From assembly GCF_009914755.1 (NCBI RefSeq), contig NC_060925.1: a stretch of DNA of 64,000 nt; one strand, given 5' to 3'. The notes beneath the pieces are model-generated. The model searched no databases and was not told the DNA's origin. It worked only from the letters and a program-made list of their open reading frames with translations. The DNA comes from the human T2T-CHM13v2.0 reference genome, Homo sapiens. Position numbers and translations under genes: made by a program. Positions 27,682 to 43,429 of the stretch are shown here, one piece after another (position 1 is the stretch's first letter; every line of letters begins with the position of its first letter).

Positions 27682-27918
27682 TTTACTGCTTCTTGGTTTC
27701 CTGGTAATAATGCAACCTCACTAACTTGCTATTGATTTTTCATTTTGGGGTGTGTGTGGGTGTGTGTGTGGGTGGGTGTGTCTGTGTGTGATATTTACTG
27801 CTTCTTGCTTTCCTGGTAACAATGCAACCTCGCTACCTTGCTATTGATTTTTCATTTTGGTGTGGATCTGTGTGGGTGTGTGGGTCTGTGTGGGTGTGTG
27901 GGTTTGATATTTATTGCT
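27682..27918 (+). repeat. Tandem duplication, ~2.1 x ~112 bp, each unit ending in a GT/GGGT-rich tract
   Basis: tttactgcttcttg.tttcctggtaa.aatgcaacctc.cta.cttgctattgatttttcattttgg at 27682 and 27794. Confidence 0.93.
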
Positions 27919-28419
27919 CAGACAGTTAAGTTTCTGTTTCTTTAAATTTTAAGTGGATGAATTAAAGGTTTTTTTCCTATTTTTTGAGATTCTTTATGGT
28001 GAATTTCCCATGGCCCTCAATGGAGTCTTCCCTGTGTGTGAGTGACCTTAAATAGGATTGAATTTTAGCTTTCTACCAAGAGCCCTAAATAATTAAGAGC
28101 TGACTGATAAAAGCTTGTAGTATATGTTTATTCATTAATATTAATGATATTTCCTTCTGTCATCACCAATGGAACACTGCCAGCAGCCTACCTACAGAGG
28201 AACCCTAACACTTGGGAGGAATGGGGCAGATCCCGGGCCCACAGAGGCAGGGTATGCGGGATGCCAACAGCAGGAGGAACTCTTTTTAGAAGAATGAAAT
28301 CAGGGATGTCAGAGTGGAGTGTTCTCAGAAGGGAGGGATGACATTGTTAAATGGAATAGGGAGGCCAAGAAAGGCAAGAACTGTATAATCCATTCGACCA
28401 GGCAATAAAGTGTCATTTG

Positions 28420-29495
28420 TATCTTTTACAATGCCTACTTCAGGGGAGCAAAGGGGAAAGCTCCTTGATCTTGCTTTTCTCTCTGGGTTATCACCTTCAT
28501 CTATTCTCATATTCTCAGTGCCACAGTGAAGACTCACAAAGCTACGATGCCAGCTCAGCCCAGTCTCTCAGTCTTCAAACTTGTACATGCTTGCTGGACT
28601 TACTTGAATATTCACACTCAGCAAGTGTAATTTCCCCCTTGAAACCTATCTCCTGTCCTGTATTACCTGTTTCAGTTGGTGACTATTCAGTTTGGATACC
28701 AAGACAGTCATCATTTACTCTTTCTATTTGTTCAGTTTCCACATCAAATCAACAGCCAAGATTTTGTTACCTAAATATGCCTTAAATCTATCTCACCTCT
28801 CCATCCTATGACTGAAGCCTGTGTCAGACCTTCATCTCACAGCTGACTAATGGAATAGTCTCCTTGCTGTTACCTTAAACCAGCCTTTTCCCCCATTCTA
28901 TTCCTCACACAGCCAACAGTGACCCATTCCAAATATAAATATGACCAGACTGTAACCTAAGTTAAGGAAGTTACCTGTCTCTTCTCTAACTTCAGGGGAA
29001 AAAACCATGCAGCTTAGCATGGAATGCTGACATGAGGCCTCTATAGTCTGGCTACAGCCTATTTCTGCAATCTCTTCCTTCTTCTGCTCTCTTAGGAAGT
29101 GTTCCTGAAACACAAAGCTTTTCTTGCCTGTAGGTTCATGCTGTTTCCTCTGCCTGGCATGCTACTTTGATTCATCTCAACTGTCACTTCCTCCCACAGC
29201 CTTCATTATTCACTCCCTGGCACATTTGTTCCACTCTCCTCTGTGCCTCCATATTACCATGTATACAATTCCATAGTTGTACTTGCCAAACCTGTGGCAA
29301 TTATTCATTCTCTATATGTTTATTGAATGCTTACTCTGTTCCAGGGAAACAAAGGTGGAGAAGAAAGACACTAATGTGTGTCTGCCTCCCCTACCAGAAT
29401 ACTAAACTATGTCTATTTAATCTTTGTTTCCATGGGAACTAGTGCAGTGTTTAGTCCAAAGCTAGCTTTTCACTAAATATTTATTGCATAAATAC
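28420..29495 (+). mobile_element. L2 fragment(s)
   Basis: gaagactcacaaa..cctgtattacctgtttcagt..ccaagattttgttacctaaatatgcc..tgctgtttcctctgcctggcatgc; ends in an L2 3' tail. Confidence 0.7.
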
Positions 29496-29909
29496 TTATA
29501 ATTTTGTAACAGTGGGTTATAGAAATATATATGCAAGAGTATATGAAAACACAGTAGAGAGACAACCAATCCTGCTTTGCTTGGGGATCAGGGAGGTCCA
29601 CCTGGCAGAAATGCATTGCTGAAGACAAGACTAGAGCACAATCTAATTGGGTTTTTAGATTAGAAATGGAACCTTAGAGAACATGGAACTAGCTCAATAA
29701 TGTGGCTAAGTATGAATGGAGTCAGAATTCAAATCCTGGTCTATCTGATTCCAAAGTTTATAATCTACTGATTAGCACTACCAGTGGAGAAAATCTCCAG
29801 TTATACCATGAGCCATCTTCTCTCTGGCTCACTGACCTTGGCAGAGCTAGTCAGCAAAGTTAGGCCTTTTGTCACTCATGACTGATCAGGGCATAGAATG
29901 GCAAAAACA

Positions 29910-30044
29910 AATATATACACACACATACACACACACACATATATATATACACACACATACACACACACACTCATATATATACACATATATACACACACAC
30001 AAACATATATATATATACACACACACACACACAGATACATACAC
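29910..30044 (+). repeat. Complex (CA)/(TA) microsatellite
   Basis: Visible alternating purine-pyrimidine run of ~135 bp. Confidence 0.92.
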
Positions 30045-32385
30045 AAACCAGCTTACACTAGTATGGAACTTTAGATTAATGCCATTCAGGCTAATTGTTC
30101 ACATACCACATTGATTACCCTCTATAGACAAAGCCAGTAGTTTTTTATATGTCAACTAACAAAAATTTTACCAACCAATAATTACTAAAAAAGCAACAAA
30201 AGGAACCCCCTTCAAAGGCACACCTATGAACAAGCATGCTCATCCACACATATCCTTTATAATTTACCTTAATAGAGACATCAGGAATTTACCCCAAATA
30301 CCCAGAAACAATGAAGCTGGGTTGAAATTAAGAACATTTAAAGCTATGCTTTTAAATTCAGCTTTCACATTTTTCTATTTCATTGTGGATATTATTAGCT
30401 TGCTACCATCACATAAAGTAATCAAGGATATGTAAGTTAAATAACATTTTCATTTAAATATTTTAATGCAAATTATTATTGAATACAGTAGATATGGCAA
30501 TGTGCTATGCCTTGTATATTCAAAGCAACAGCTGTTATTCCAATAAAACAGATATATTCCCTTCCTTCTAAGACAATGGCAAACATTAAAATAACCTTCC
30601 TCTTCCAAAGGGAAAAATGATTCAACAACATCTTTGTACAAACTGTTGTTTAAAAGATCTGTATTTTAAAAACAACAGCAGTGATATTTATTGTTTTCTA
30701 GGATAAAATCCCTAGGTATCTATTGTAGTCACAATCTTTCTGCAGGAAATAAAAGAGCTCTTCTCTGCAGCACATTCAGCATTGTTAAAATGTACTAGAA
30801 AGGACTATAATTGTTCCCTTTTCCTGTAGCTCCAATGTTACTTGATACTACCAGCACCTGTCCAGTACTATACCTGTCCCACCAACCCTACACCATCACT
30901 ACTACTAGGCACACTAAAGTCTTGTTTGACTACAAAATCTTCTCTTCTTTGCCCAAGCACTGCTGGCACCAACTCTTAATGATTTCTCCTCTTAGCTGTG
31001 TCACTCTGCTCACTTCTACTAACAGTGCTTTCATGAAGACTCATTATTTTTCATCTGGATGTTTTCTAATCTCCCACCTGCCTGTCTGTTCATAGGTGCC
31101 AAATGTTTCTCAAAAACAAAAATCTGAGTAAGTCACTTCGTTGCATATGAATATTTAAGGGGTAGATGTTAGTGTGGGAGAGTAACATAGAATAGTTTTA
31201 AAAGCACACAATTCCACGTATTTAAATTCTCTACATCAAGGAAAAAAGTCTAGGGATATTTCTTTGGGAATAAAATGTTCTTTGCAAAGCCATCTCTCTG
31301 CTATAGTATTTATTACACTGAATTTTATTTATAACCATTAGTTAGCTGTATACGTGAGGAAGGGGATTCTTTGTTATTCATCTTTGAATCCTGGCACTGT
31401 GCCTGTCACTGAGTAGATGTTCAAGAGGTGCTCACTGAACACAAGCAGTCTAGGGGGAAGGGAAAGGATAGAAGGGAGGAAGAAAGGGAAAAGGAGAGAT
31501 AAAGGGAGGGAGAAAAGAAGCAGGGAAAGGAAGGGTAAATGATGTCACAATTGGAAGCTTACAATTTCACCAAGTATGTATATAAAACCATTTTTACTCT
31601 CTTATTACTTAGAGTTGGCTCTTTTCTAACAAAAAAAAATTATTAACACTTGTTTTAAACAAAGGAAATTTTAAAATATTTTATTATAATGTGCACAGTA
31701 TAATTATTTCTTTGAAACAACTTTCAAATGAACTGAACATCTTTAAAGGAATTCAAAGGAAGAACTTCTAAGAAACCAGCCATTCAGTGAGGCCAACTCA
31801 CTAGACAACCATTTCTTTTCCCTGGTGAAATCTACATGTGCCTACATATGGCATCAATAAGCCTCTCACTGAATATTTATGATTTAATATAAAGCTTTTC
31901 AGGAAAAGGATTTATCTTTTGAAAATTCGCACACAACTAATACTTTTGTATTTGTGGTGAAAAACTATCCAGCTAATTTTATTTTTTCTAAGAAACTAAA
32001 CTATGTTTGAGATATAGTCATCTACATTTATGCCATTTTTATAATGTTCTTAATTTTCCAAGCATGAGTATAAGGATGTTAATAAAATGCTAATCCAAAT
32101 TATGATTTTTGCATTTATTTGGCACTTTGCTAACCCAAAGTGCTATAACATATACTCGTATTTACTCTAAGCTCCTCTCTGTCAGTAGATAGTTGTTGAG
32201 TCTGAGTCTTCTGTAATTCTTCTGGGGCCTGCGGCCTTTGTGAGGGCTCACTGGATCCTTGTCTTATCCACTCTCCCCTCCCAGAAAGCCTGTGAGAGAC
32301 TGTTGTCAGTTCTCACCATTATCTTTCCAAAGCTCAGATCTGATCATTCAGAGGCGATAGTGCGCTAGTATAGAAATGGCTTTGT

Positions 32386-33003
<618 letters not shown>

Positions 33004-33399
33004 TTAGCTCTGGCACTTGCTAGCAATATGACCTTGTAAAAGTTACCTCCTGAGATTTCTCATCTACAAAATAAGGATAATAATACCTTATTTACAACAT
33101 TGTTGTAAGTAGAGACAATATACATCAAAGTGTAGTTTAATCACTTGCACCTATGTAATAGGCACACACAAAAATGGTGACTATCTTGCTATTATGCCAC
33201 TCTCCTACATAGAATATTCAAGAAAGAATAACCACTTACTGAGAAGGTACAATGTGCCAAGCATTGTGTTCCACACTTTCCGTACTGCAGGAACTGGAGA
33301 AACTACACTACAATCTTGTAATCACAAAACTCAGACATCCATGTTTCAATAGGTATAACCGTACAGAACACTACAAAAGTATGCAGGTGGAGCATGTAA

Positions 33400-33760
33400 A
33401 CAGGTCTTAATCTGTGACCTGGAACTTGAACAACAGAGTAGAGGGGAGGTGGGATAGGGTGGAGTGGAAAAGAGCTCCAGCTGGAGACTGGTATTTGTAA
33501 AGTCAAGGCAGAGTACACAGGTGCAGAAACACAGCTGCTGAGTGTGGCTGGAGATGTGGTAATGCAGGACAGCAGAGGAGAGGTATGGATGGAGAAGGGC
33601 CAGGGAAAAGGGAAATGGCAAGATGAGAAATTGGAGAGGCGAAGAGCCTTGAAAGCCACATTAAGGAATTTGGACTGTCCTGAAGAGAGCAGACAACTAC
33701 TGAAAAATTATGAGGAGGAGATGGACCTAATCATATTTGCTTTTTTAGAAGGAACATGCC
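33400..33760 (-). mobile_element. L2 fragment
   Basis: gagccttgaaagccacattaaggaatttggactgtcctgaag..atttgctttttagaa. Confidence 0.6.
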
Positions 33761-34309
33761 ATCACTTCCTTTCTCAGTGGCCATTAACCTAGCCAACAGA
33801 TCCATGCCTGGGCTTCAGGTGGTTTGCAAGTTCCCTGAAATTGGTTGCAAATGTGTGTATTTGTGTGTGTGGATGCATGCACATGTGCATATGTGTGTTC
33901 TCATAAACATTTTTCTGGAGATAGCAACTAAAAGGTTAACTCAAAATTGTGAAAAATGACCATCCAAACACTTCCTACAGGATAAAGCTCAGACCCTTAC
34001 AGCCTTTTACATTCTAACTAAAACCCACATTTTTCATTCCTCTCCACACAGCTTACAATACAGCCACTTGCTTTTTGTTGTTGTTGCCATTCTGAATATG
34101 CTTCTGAGCCTTTCTTTCATGTACAGCCTCTTGGGCTTTTCTGCACCTTCCAATCTTCCCTACCTCCCCATCCCCACCTTCTACTCAGAAAACAACCCCT
34201 CTCTGTAAACATGGTTGAAGTGTTTCTTCCTTCTCCAGGCATTCTCTCATATTTCTTTCCCATTTTTTAAGAAAAGCACAAATCGAAGTCATAGAATTCT
34301 GGTGACCCA

Positions 34310-35440
<1,131 letters not shown>

Positions 35441-35559
35441 CAATAATAAAATAAATACAATGACTCACAAAAGACATGGTTCCTCTCCTTGAGGAGCTCA
35501 CAGTTTGATGCTTGCTTCAGTTCCTGTGTCCTCCTTGTTCCATAGATTGTTGTGAAGGG

Positions 35560-37300
35560 CTCCTTTCTTAACTGTTGTCTCCCTTCTACATCCTTTGGGT
35601 TTATTCTGTTACCTTTTGTTGTTAATTTTCTTAAGTCGCATGCTTAACTCATTCATTTTCAGCCTTTTGTCTTCTCTAATGTAAGCATTTAAGGCTACAC
35701 ATTTACTACCTATTATTCTGGCTATATCGTGGCATTTCTATTATGTAACATTTTATTATTTAATTGTTTTGTAATCTCCATTATCATTTATTCTTTGGTG
35801 CATGAGTTATTAAATTTTAGTTTGTAAATGTAGAACACAATATAAATGTTTTTAAAGTTATTTTTTAGTTACAAATTTTTAACTTAATTGCATTATTGAC
35901 CAAGAAACTGGTCTTTTTGTTATGAATTCTCTGGTGTTTGTTGAGACTTCCTTTATGTCTAGCACATGATCAACTGTAAATTTTTATGTGCATTTTTAAA
36001 AAATACTGTGTAGTAATTGAGCTCAGTGTTCTATATGTGTCCTGTAGAACAAGCTCATTAATTGTAGCCATTAGTTCTTCTATAGCTTTTTGTATTTTTG
36101 TCTGTTTTTTAGTCAATTATTGAAAAATGTGTTAAATATCCTGCTATGATAACAGTTTTATAATATCTCCTTGAAGATCCATCAAATGTTCCTTTAAATA
36201 TATTAATGTTACTATACTAGGTACATTTATAATTGTTATACATTCCTGGTAAACTGAAGTGATTATCATTATATGATCACTCTCTCTCTAGTAATGTATT
36301 TTGCCTTAAATCAGTATTGCTGTGTAAACTTTCTTTTAGTTAATTTTGACAGTTTTACAACTTTGCATCAAGTTTTGGGTGCACCACTGTTAAACAACAT
36401 AGAGATTGCTTGTTTTTAATTTTAATCCATTCTGACAGTCTGTTTCTTAATTGGAGAAATTAATCCATTTTTACTGAAGGCAATCATTGATGCATTTGTA
36501 TTAATGTATTTCACTCTATTCTGTATTTTTATCTGTGTTGCTACTTCTGAGTCTTTTTTCATTATATTTATCAAAGTCTTTTCCACTTCTTTATCTCATT
36601 CCATTTATTTTGTCTCTATCAACTAGAAATCATACACTTTATTTCTATTTTTTAATTTGTTATTCTAGAAATGTAAACATACCACTTTAACTTAACTTGA
36701 ATATTTAACTTTGATCTAAAGTTAATCAGTATCTTTGCCTTCCTCCCAAACAATGAAAAAATCTGAAAATGTTTGTAATATAATATAATAATAATCCGAA
36801 TATGAGTGCCTTCCAACAATTCTGAAATTCCTCCACTACCTCACTCATTTTATTTTCTACGGTTTCCCAAAATTCCAAAAAGACCTTCTTACCGTGTCCT
36901 CCATGTCATTTAAGCAGTCTTTTAAATCCTACTTTTATTTCTTTAAACATATTAAGTGCATTTATTTTACATTTTAAGTTTCATAATTCCATTATATCCA
37001 CCATTTGCAGGCTTGATTCTTTGTTTTTCTGTAACATCTCACTCAAGTCAATTATTTTATTATATATTTAGTGATTTTTTTAAATGATGTTATGTTTCTT
37101 GCAGTGTTATCTATGAGACAAAGGCCTAAATTTAAAGTTGAGTTCCTTAGAGGAGACTTGTATGCTTCTACCTGGCACTTGGGGCAATACTAACACAGGA
37201 CCACTTATAACTCTCAAGTGGGTTTAAAGAAGCCCCATAAATACTGTGAATTCCAGTCTCTAACACAAGAGAGCTCAGTCTTGTGGTTGGCAATTCCTAG
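35560..37300 (-). mobile_element. Old L1M (L1ME/MC) ORF2 fragment
   Basis: T-rich L1-antisense: taatgtaagcatttaaggctac..gtttgttgagacttcc..aatccattctgacagtctg. Confidence 0.7.
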
Positions 37301-37474
37301 AAGACTTTTTTTTCTCTCTCTCTCTGTCTTTTTATTATTTTTTCTTCCTTCTTCCTTTCCTTCCCTCTCTCCCTTCATTCCTTTGCTATTCCTTTCTGTC
37401 CTCCATTCTTTCCCTTCCTTTCCTTTTTTTCTTCTTTTTCATCCCTCTTATTTTTTCTTCTTTCACTTCCTCCC

Positions 37475-38889
37475 TGTATTAGTCTATTTTCATACTGCTG
37501 ATAAAGACATACCCATGACTGGGCAATTTACAAAAGAAAGAGGTTTGTTGGACTTATGGTTCTACGTGGCTGGGGAGTCCTCATGATCATGATGGAAGGT
37601 AAAAGGCACATCTCACATGCTGGCAGACAAGAGAAGAGCTTGTGCAGGGAAACTCCCCTTTTTAAAACCATCAGATCTTGTGAGATTTATTCAATCACAA
37701 AAACAACACAGGAAAGACTATGATTTAATTACCTCCCACTGGGTCCCTCTAACAACACGTGGGAATTATGGGAGCTACAAGATGAGATTTGGGTGGGGAT
37801 ACAGCCAAACCATATCATTCTGCCCCTGTACTCTCCCAGATCTTACGTACTCACATTTCAAAACCAATCATGCCTCCCCAACAGTCCCTCAAAGTCTTAA
37901 CTCATTTCAGCATTAACTCAAAAGTCCACAGTACAAAGTCTCATCTGAGACAAGACAAGTCCCTTCCACCTATGAGCCTGTAAAATCAAAAGCAAGTTAG
38001 TTACTTCCTAGATACAATGGGAGTACAGGCACTGGGTAAATACAGCCATTCCAAATAGAAGAAATTGGCCAAAACAAAGGGGCCACAGGCCCCGTGCAAG
38101 TCCAAAATCTTAAAGCTCCAAAATGATCTCCTTTGACTCCATGTCTCACATCCAGGTCACGCTGTTGCAAGAGGTGGGCTCCCACAGCCTTGGGCAGCTC
38201 TGCACTTGTGGCCTCGCAGGGTACGGCCCCCCTCCCAGCTGCTTTCATGGGCTGTCATTGAGTGTCTGCAGCTTTTCCAGGCACATGGTGCAAGCTCTCA
38301 GAGGATCTACCATTCTGGGGTCTGGGGGATGGTGGCCCTCTTCTCACAGCTCCACTAGGGGGTGCCCAAGGAGGGACTCTGTGTGGGAGCTCCGACCCCA
38401 CATTTCCCCTCTGCACTGCCCTCGCAGAGATTCTCCATGAGGGCCCTGCCCCTGCAGCAAACATCTGCCTGGGTATCCAGGCATTTTCATACATCTTCTG
38501 AAATCTACTCAGAGGTTCACAAACCCCAATTTTGGACTTCTGTGTACTTGCAGGCTCAACACCAAGTGGAAGCTGCCAAGGCTTGGGGCTTGCACCCTCT
38601 GAAGCCATGGCCTGAGCTCTATGTTGGCCCCTTTCTGCACATAGCACGGGGCCCTGGGCCTGTGGTGGGAGAGGCTGCCGCAAAGGTCTCCGACATGCCC
38701 TGAAGACACTTTCCCCATTGCTTTGGTGACTAACTTTCAGCTCCTCATTATTTATGCAAATTTCTGCAGCCAACTTAAAAGACTTGCCCCCATGATTCAA
38801 TTACTTCCCACCGGGTCCCTCCCACAATATGTGAGAATTGTGGGAGCCACAGGATGAGATTTGGGTGGGGACACAGCCAGACTATATCA
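37475..38889 (-). mobile_element. THE1 (THE1A/B-like) MaLR provirus: intact 3' LTR, partial internal region, truncated 5' LTR
   Basis: LTR 37475-37817 (tgtattagtc...catatca), PPT complement ttctgcccctg, THE1-int to ~38776, LTR remnant 38779-38889; 5-bp TSD CTCCC at 37470-37474 and 38890-38894. Confidence 0.92.
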
Positions 38890-40927
38890 CTCCCTTTCTT
38901 CATTCTTTTTCTTTTCTTTATTCCTTCTTCCCCCTCCCTCCATCCCTCCTGCCTGCCTTCCTTCCTTCTTTCCTCCTTCCTTCCTCCCTTCCTTCTTTTC
39001 TTCCTTTTTCACTCTTCACTCAAAGCCAAGGCTGAGAAATACATGTATCCCCTGCTAAATCCCTTTGCAGACCCAGTTTTTTTCTAGTTCACTCACTGGG
39101 GGTGGTCTCTAAGCCAATCTCCCACTCTGTTCAGAGTCCAAGCAGTCTTCTATCCTTCCACTTGCAATATCTGTAACTCAGGCTTAACCCATCAAGGACC
39201 AACAGACTCCACCAGAACAAAAGCTAAATCCAGACTCATGTAAGTCTATGTGTTATTTTTCTTGTTATTCTGGAATTCAAATAATTGCCTCAAATTACAA
39301 TCAGAGCTCATTTTATACAATAAAGCAGTGAGTGAGTGTGAGGGTGTTTAGTTTTGCTGTACCAAAAGATTACTCTTTAAATATTTAGTTCACCATACTT
39401 CTGAAACAGAAGTTGATTTCTTTTCATACCTTTATCTTTAGTGCTGAAGACAAATCATAGCACATAATAGATATTCAATAAATATATTTTAGATGCGTAT
39501 AGATGTTGTAGACTCATACCATTCACTCCAAGATTCAAGTCTCCTCATGTTGTCAAGCAAATATCTGAAACTAGCTTGAGCTACGTATTCTTTGAGTTGA
39601 GATTATCTTTAGATGTTTCAACAAAGGTGTGACATTATTGCCTCTTTAGCCTTCATCTGGCTATCTTCTGATTGCTCTCTCGTGTCCATTTTTTCACACC
39701 TTTCCTAGAGATACTTCCATAAATCAACTCCAGCACCATCAACAATAAAATCTGGTACAGATATCCTACCTGTGCATTTTCATTACAACTGATATTTACC
39801 CCAACATAAATTTCAATTAAATTAATTAAAACTTAAACATCTGAATAATAAAGCACATTAATGCCTGAACATGAAAATATATTAATGTCTGAATATTAAA
39901 GTATAAAGAATCTGGGCTCAAGTATAGTTGTTTCCCCGCACTTAGCATAGTGTCTAGCTTGTAGCAAGTATCAATAAATGGTTTTTCATGAACAAATGAA
40001 TGAATGAATGAAATATTTTGGAATATACATTTTTTAGCTCCAAATGTATTTTTATTTTCAACTTTTGAGGCTTTTTTCTTTTTGTCAGCTCTTAGAGAAG
40101 ACATCTAACTGCTGTGTTTCAGTTCTAAATGTTTACTTTGGTTTCAGTAATTTATATTGTATAGTCTTCTCAAACCAATTTCTTCAGAGTTAAATTGCTT
40201 CCTTTAGCCCAAGAAAAAAGAACACTTTAGTACCCAAATATTTTAAGACTTGAAACAATTTTATTGTTTTTGAAATGTAAAATACCATTAGCAAATGAAG
40301 ACAGGATAACCATGCCTTTAATTCAATTCAAGTCTTTGAGAATCATTGAGTTTACCATGACCACTAACAGTTTTACTCTAATTATAATAGCTATCAATTA
40401 TATTTGCCATATTCTACTATATTGAAGAATTACATGTATTTTATAATCATTCCTCATTTTAATTCAAAGCTTTCGAATCTTGAAAGAGCTGTTAAAATGC
40501 CTTTTTAATTTCTTTGCCAATTTGTATTCTTCATAATTATATTAAGAAGTTCACTGTTTTATATTTGAAACTTAGATTCCACTGAGACTGTTTACCTATT
40601 GAAGTTCCCAATCCAGTGAACTACCACTCTTAGCTGGAATATAGCACTCTCTTTATTTCCCTTTTAATTAGCTATGCAGAATTTCAAAAATATTTCTTCA
40701 GTATGTACTATGTATAAGACACTGTACCAGTCACTTTTGTGTATAGAAAGAAGAAACAGGTTGATACCAACATGGATCAGCCATGATTCCTGCCTCCGTC
40801 ATCTAGAAAAGTAAAAAATAAATTATTATATAGGTGTGCCTCTGTATCTGGTACATAAATATTAATAATGGCTTACAGTTTTCATGCTTTACTGTGTGAC
40901 AAACAACGTCTTACATTTTCACAAGTA

Positions 40928-41105
40928 CCTTATTTCATCAAATATTCAAGGCCATTGATTATAAGACACATCCATATTGTAGTGCCATTAAGGAAGAAAA
41001 AAAGACTCCTTAAAAATCATAACTTACTCCTGACTGCAGGGTGCATTCCAAATATCAAAGATGTTAATATGTGAAAATATGTGTGACTTAGAACTGATGA
41101 ATCTA
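40928..41105 (-). mobile_element. MER104-like TcMar-Tc2 MITE
   Basis: ccttatttcatc..gccattgattataagac..aaagatgttaatatgtgaaaatatgtg..ttagaactgatgaa, with TIR-like ends. Confidence 0.65.
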
Positions 41106-41109
41106 TTAA

Positions 41110-41290
41110 CTCAAATAACACTCTCAACAACTCTTCAAGTTAGGTAATGTATTGTTCTCATTTTATAGGCAAGGAAACTGATGAGTTCAAAGATATTACG
41201 TAACTTGCCCAAGATTGCACAGCTAGTAAATAGATGGGTGAAGGTTGAACACACTTCAATCTGATTCCACATACCATATTCTTAGCTTCT
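41110..41290 (-). mobile_element. MIR
   Basis: ctcattttataggcaaggaaactga..taacttgcccaagattgcacagctagtaaat. Confidence 0.75.
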
Positions 41291-42214
41291 CCACCAAGGA
41301 GATCTTGGATTCTTTTGTTACAGGCTGTTCAGAAGTTTCTGTGTCTTTTCTTTCTGATGTGACTTCATTTAAAGTTGAAAAAGAATACTGGGACTATTAA
41401 TTCTTGAGCTCACTTCAGAATTTAGTTGGGATGATGAGAAAAATTTATAAAACAAACAAATTGTGTTTTGAAAATCATTAGCCTGAACATGGCTTGAAAT
41501 GGTTATATAATAGTGATCAGACTAGAGAGTTGTTAGTAAATCTTACCAAAATCATTCATAAGACAATTGCTTTTTTTAAGTCTATGAATCTGTAACTGAC
41601 CACACTGTATGCAGATATAGATGTAATAGTTGTAACAGAATGATAGAGACTGGAATAAGTATAAATTAACTTATACCAGGAGTGTAGGCATCTGTTTTCC
41701 TATTTATTTAGAAGGAAAATTAATAGTAGAAACTATCCATCAAAGTATGCATCTGAGTTCTCTTTTTGAGGTTTCATACAAAGAAATAGCAACATTTATA
41801 TCTAAGATATTGACAATTAATTCTACACTACATGAAGTGTTACGAATAGTCTTTGTAAGGCACCAAACATGACCCAAAGTAAGAAACTGCATATTTCATA
41901 TTAAGTAACAACCAGCCCAATTTATTTTTTAAAGGCTAATGAGTTAAGACATAACGACCATGTGCTACATTGTTTTTGCCTGTAAATAACGAATTACATG
42001 GGAGAACAAATGGTAGTTAAATGTACTGTAGGCCAGTTTCATAGTCATGGATACCAGACTTCATCTGTGGAAATTCAGCAAAACAGAATTAGAAATGTCA
42101 AACAGAAAAGATCTCATTAAGATAATTCTTCCAGAAATGAATCAAAAATTCTGTCCCAGATGTTCATATCTGGCAGGAGTCAAGATGAATTGGACAGAGC
42201 TAAACCATCTAATT

Positions 42215-42360
42215 TATTGTTTCTCAAAATATGATACTGCAAACACCTGTATCAAAGTTTCCAGATCACCGGTGTGCTTGTTAAAAATGCAGATTGTTGA
42301 CCCCCTTACAGGACCTATTTGGGTAAAGCTCAATAATTCACACTTTAAAGAAGCATCTAC
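42215..42360. mobile_element. MER5-like hAT-Charlie fragment
   Basis: gtttctcaaa..atcacc.g.gtgcttgttaaaaatgcagatt. Confidence 0.55.
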
Positions 42361-43028
42361 CTCAACCAGTGAATATAAGCATGCTGGATTTCACAGCTAT
42401 TACTTTAACACTTGGCTCTTTCCCACCTAATACTTTGGACTGATGGCAGAAATGAAGCAATTACGAGTGATTTTTTTCACCAAATATCAGAGGTTAAATG
42501 TCTCATGCACCAAATATTTATGAAGCAGTTGGGGGAGGGAGCACAAAAGAAATGTGAACTCAAGTATTCCAGTTTATTGCAGTTTTTGCATATTTGATAA
42601 ACAACTGTTCAATGTGATTACATTAAAATAATACCTCATGAAATCTAATGTGGTCACAGAAAAAGAGAACTGAGGTAATCCTGGTAGCTGTCAGAATAGA
42701 AAAGAAGGGACAACTCCAGAAGTTACTTAAAAGAAAAAGCAGTCAGTGGGGGATTCAGTGGTAAATTGAATGAGAGTGGTAAAAGAAGGGGCAAAATAGA
42801 ATATCTTGGGTTTGAGTCTGGGTAGCCAAAAATAGAGGCACTAACATGGGAATAGAATGTGAAGCCATTCAGAAACAATTGAGAAGATGAGTATGGAGGG
42901 AAGTGAGGCTTTTATAACTGGCTCTTTTACTACTACATATATAAACATGGTGACTTTAATTTTGTTACTGAGTTTATGAATGAATTTAACCAAATTGAGA
43001 TCTAATTAATGATTATTTTCTATTACAG

Positions 43029-43146
43029 CAATTGTTCAACTGTCAAGCTCTACGAAAACTAAGTATTCCTGATAACGACCTTTCAAATCTGCCAACCACT
43101 ATTGCTAGTTTAGTTAATCTTAAAGAACTCGACATCAGTAAAAATG
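43029..43146 (+). CDS. LRRC7: LRRC7 coding exon (118 nt) [39 protein letters not shown](G), leucine-rich repeats
   Basis: Acceptor ttttctattacAG (43027-43028), donor ATG|gtaaga at 43147. Phase-0 join with the previous exon, LxxLxLxxN LRR pattern. Too short to appear in the ORF track. Confidence 0.96.
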
Positions 43147-43429
43147 GTAAGATTTTTCTCTCATCATAAAATACCTAGAATTTTTTAACTGAAAATGTGC
43201 TTTAATATCTTCTCTTAGCAAATAATCTAAAATAACTTTTTCTTTGATTTTGTTGCAACTGTAGTTTAATGCTCTTGTAAAGTTAAATCCTAAATTTTAA
43301 GTCCAAGACAGACGTCCTGTCTCTCCTCCTCTTACTAATGTGCTTGACTCGTTCAAGTCTTGTTTCCCTCTGCATTCAGACATGTGATCTAATCTTTTCT
43401 AGAATCGTTTACTGCCCTCACAAAGCTGA

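Noticed and set aside
37617-38800. Cluster of overlapping ORFs up to 181 aa
   Set aside because: Decayed THE1 LTR and internal sequence, not a host gene.
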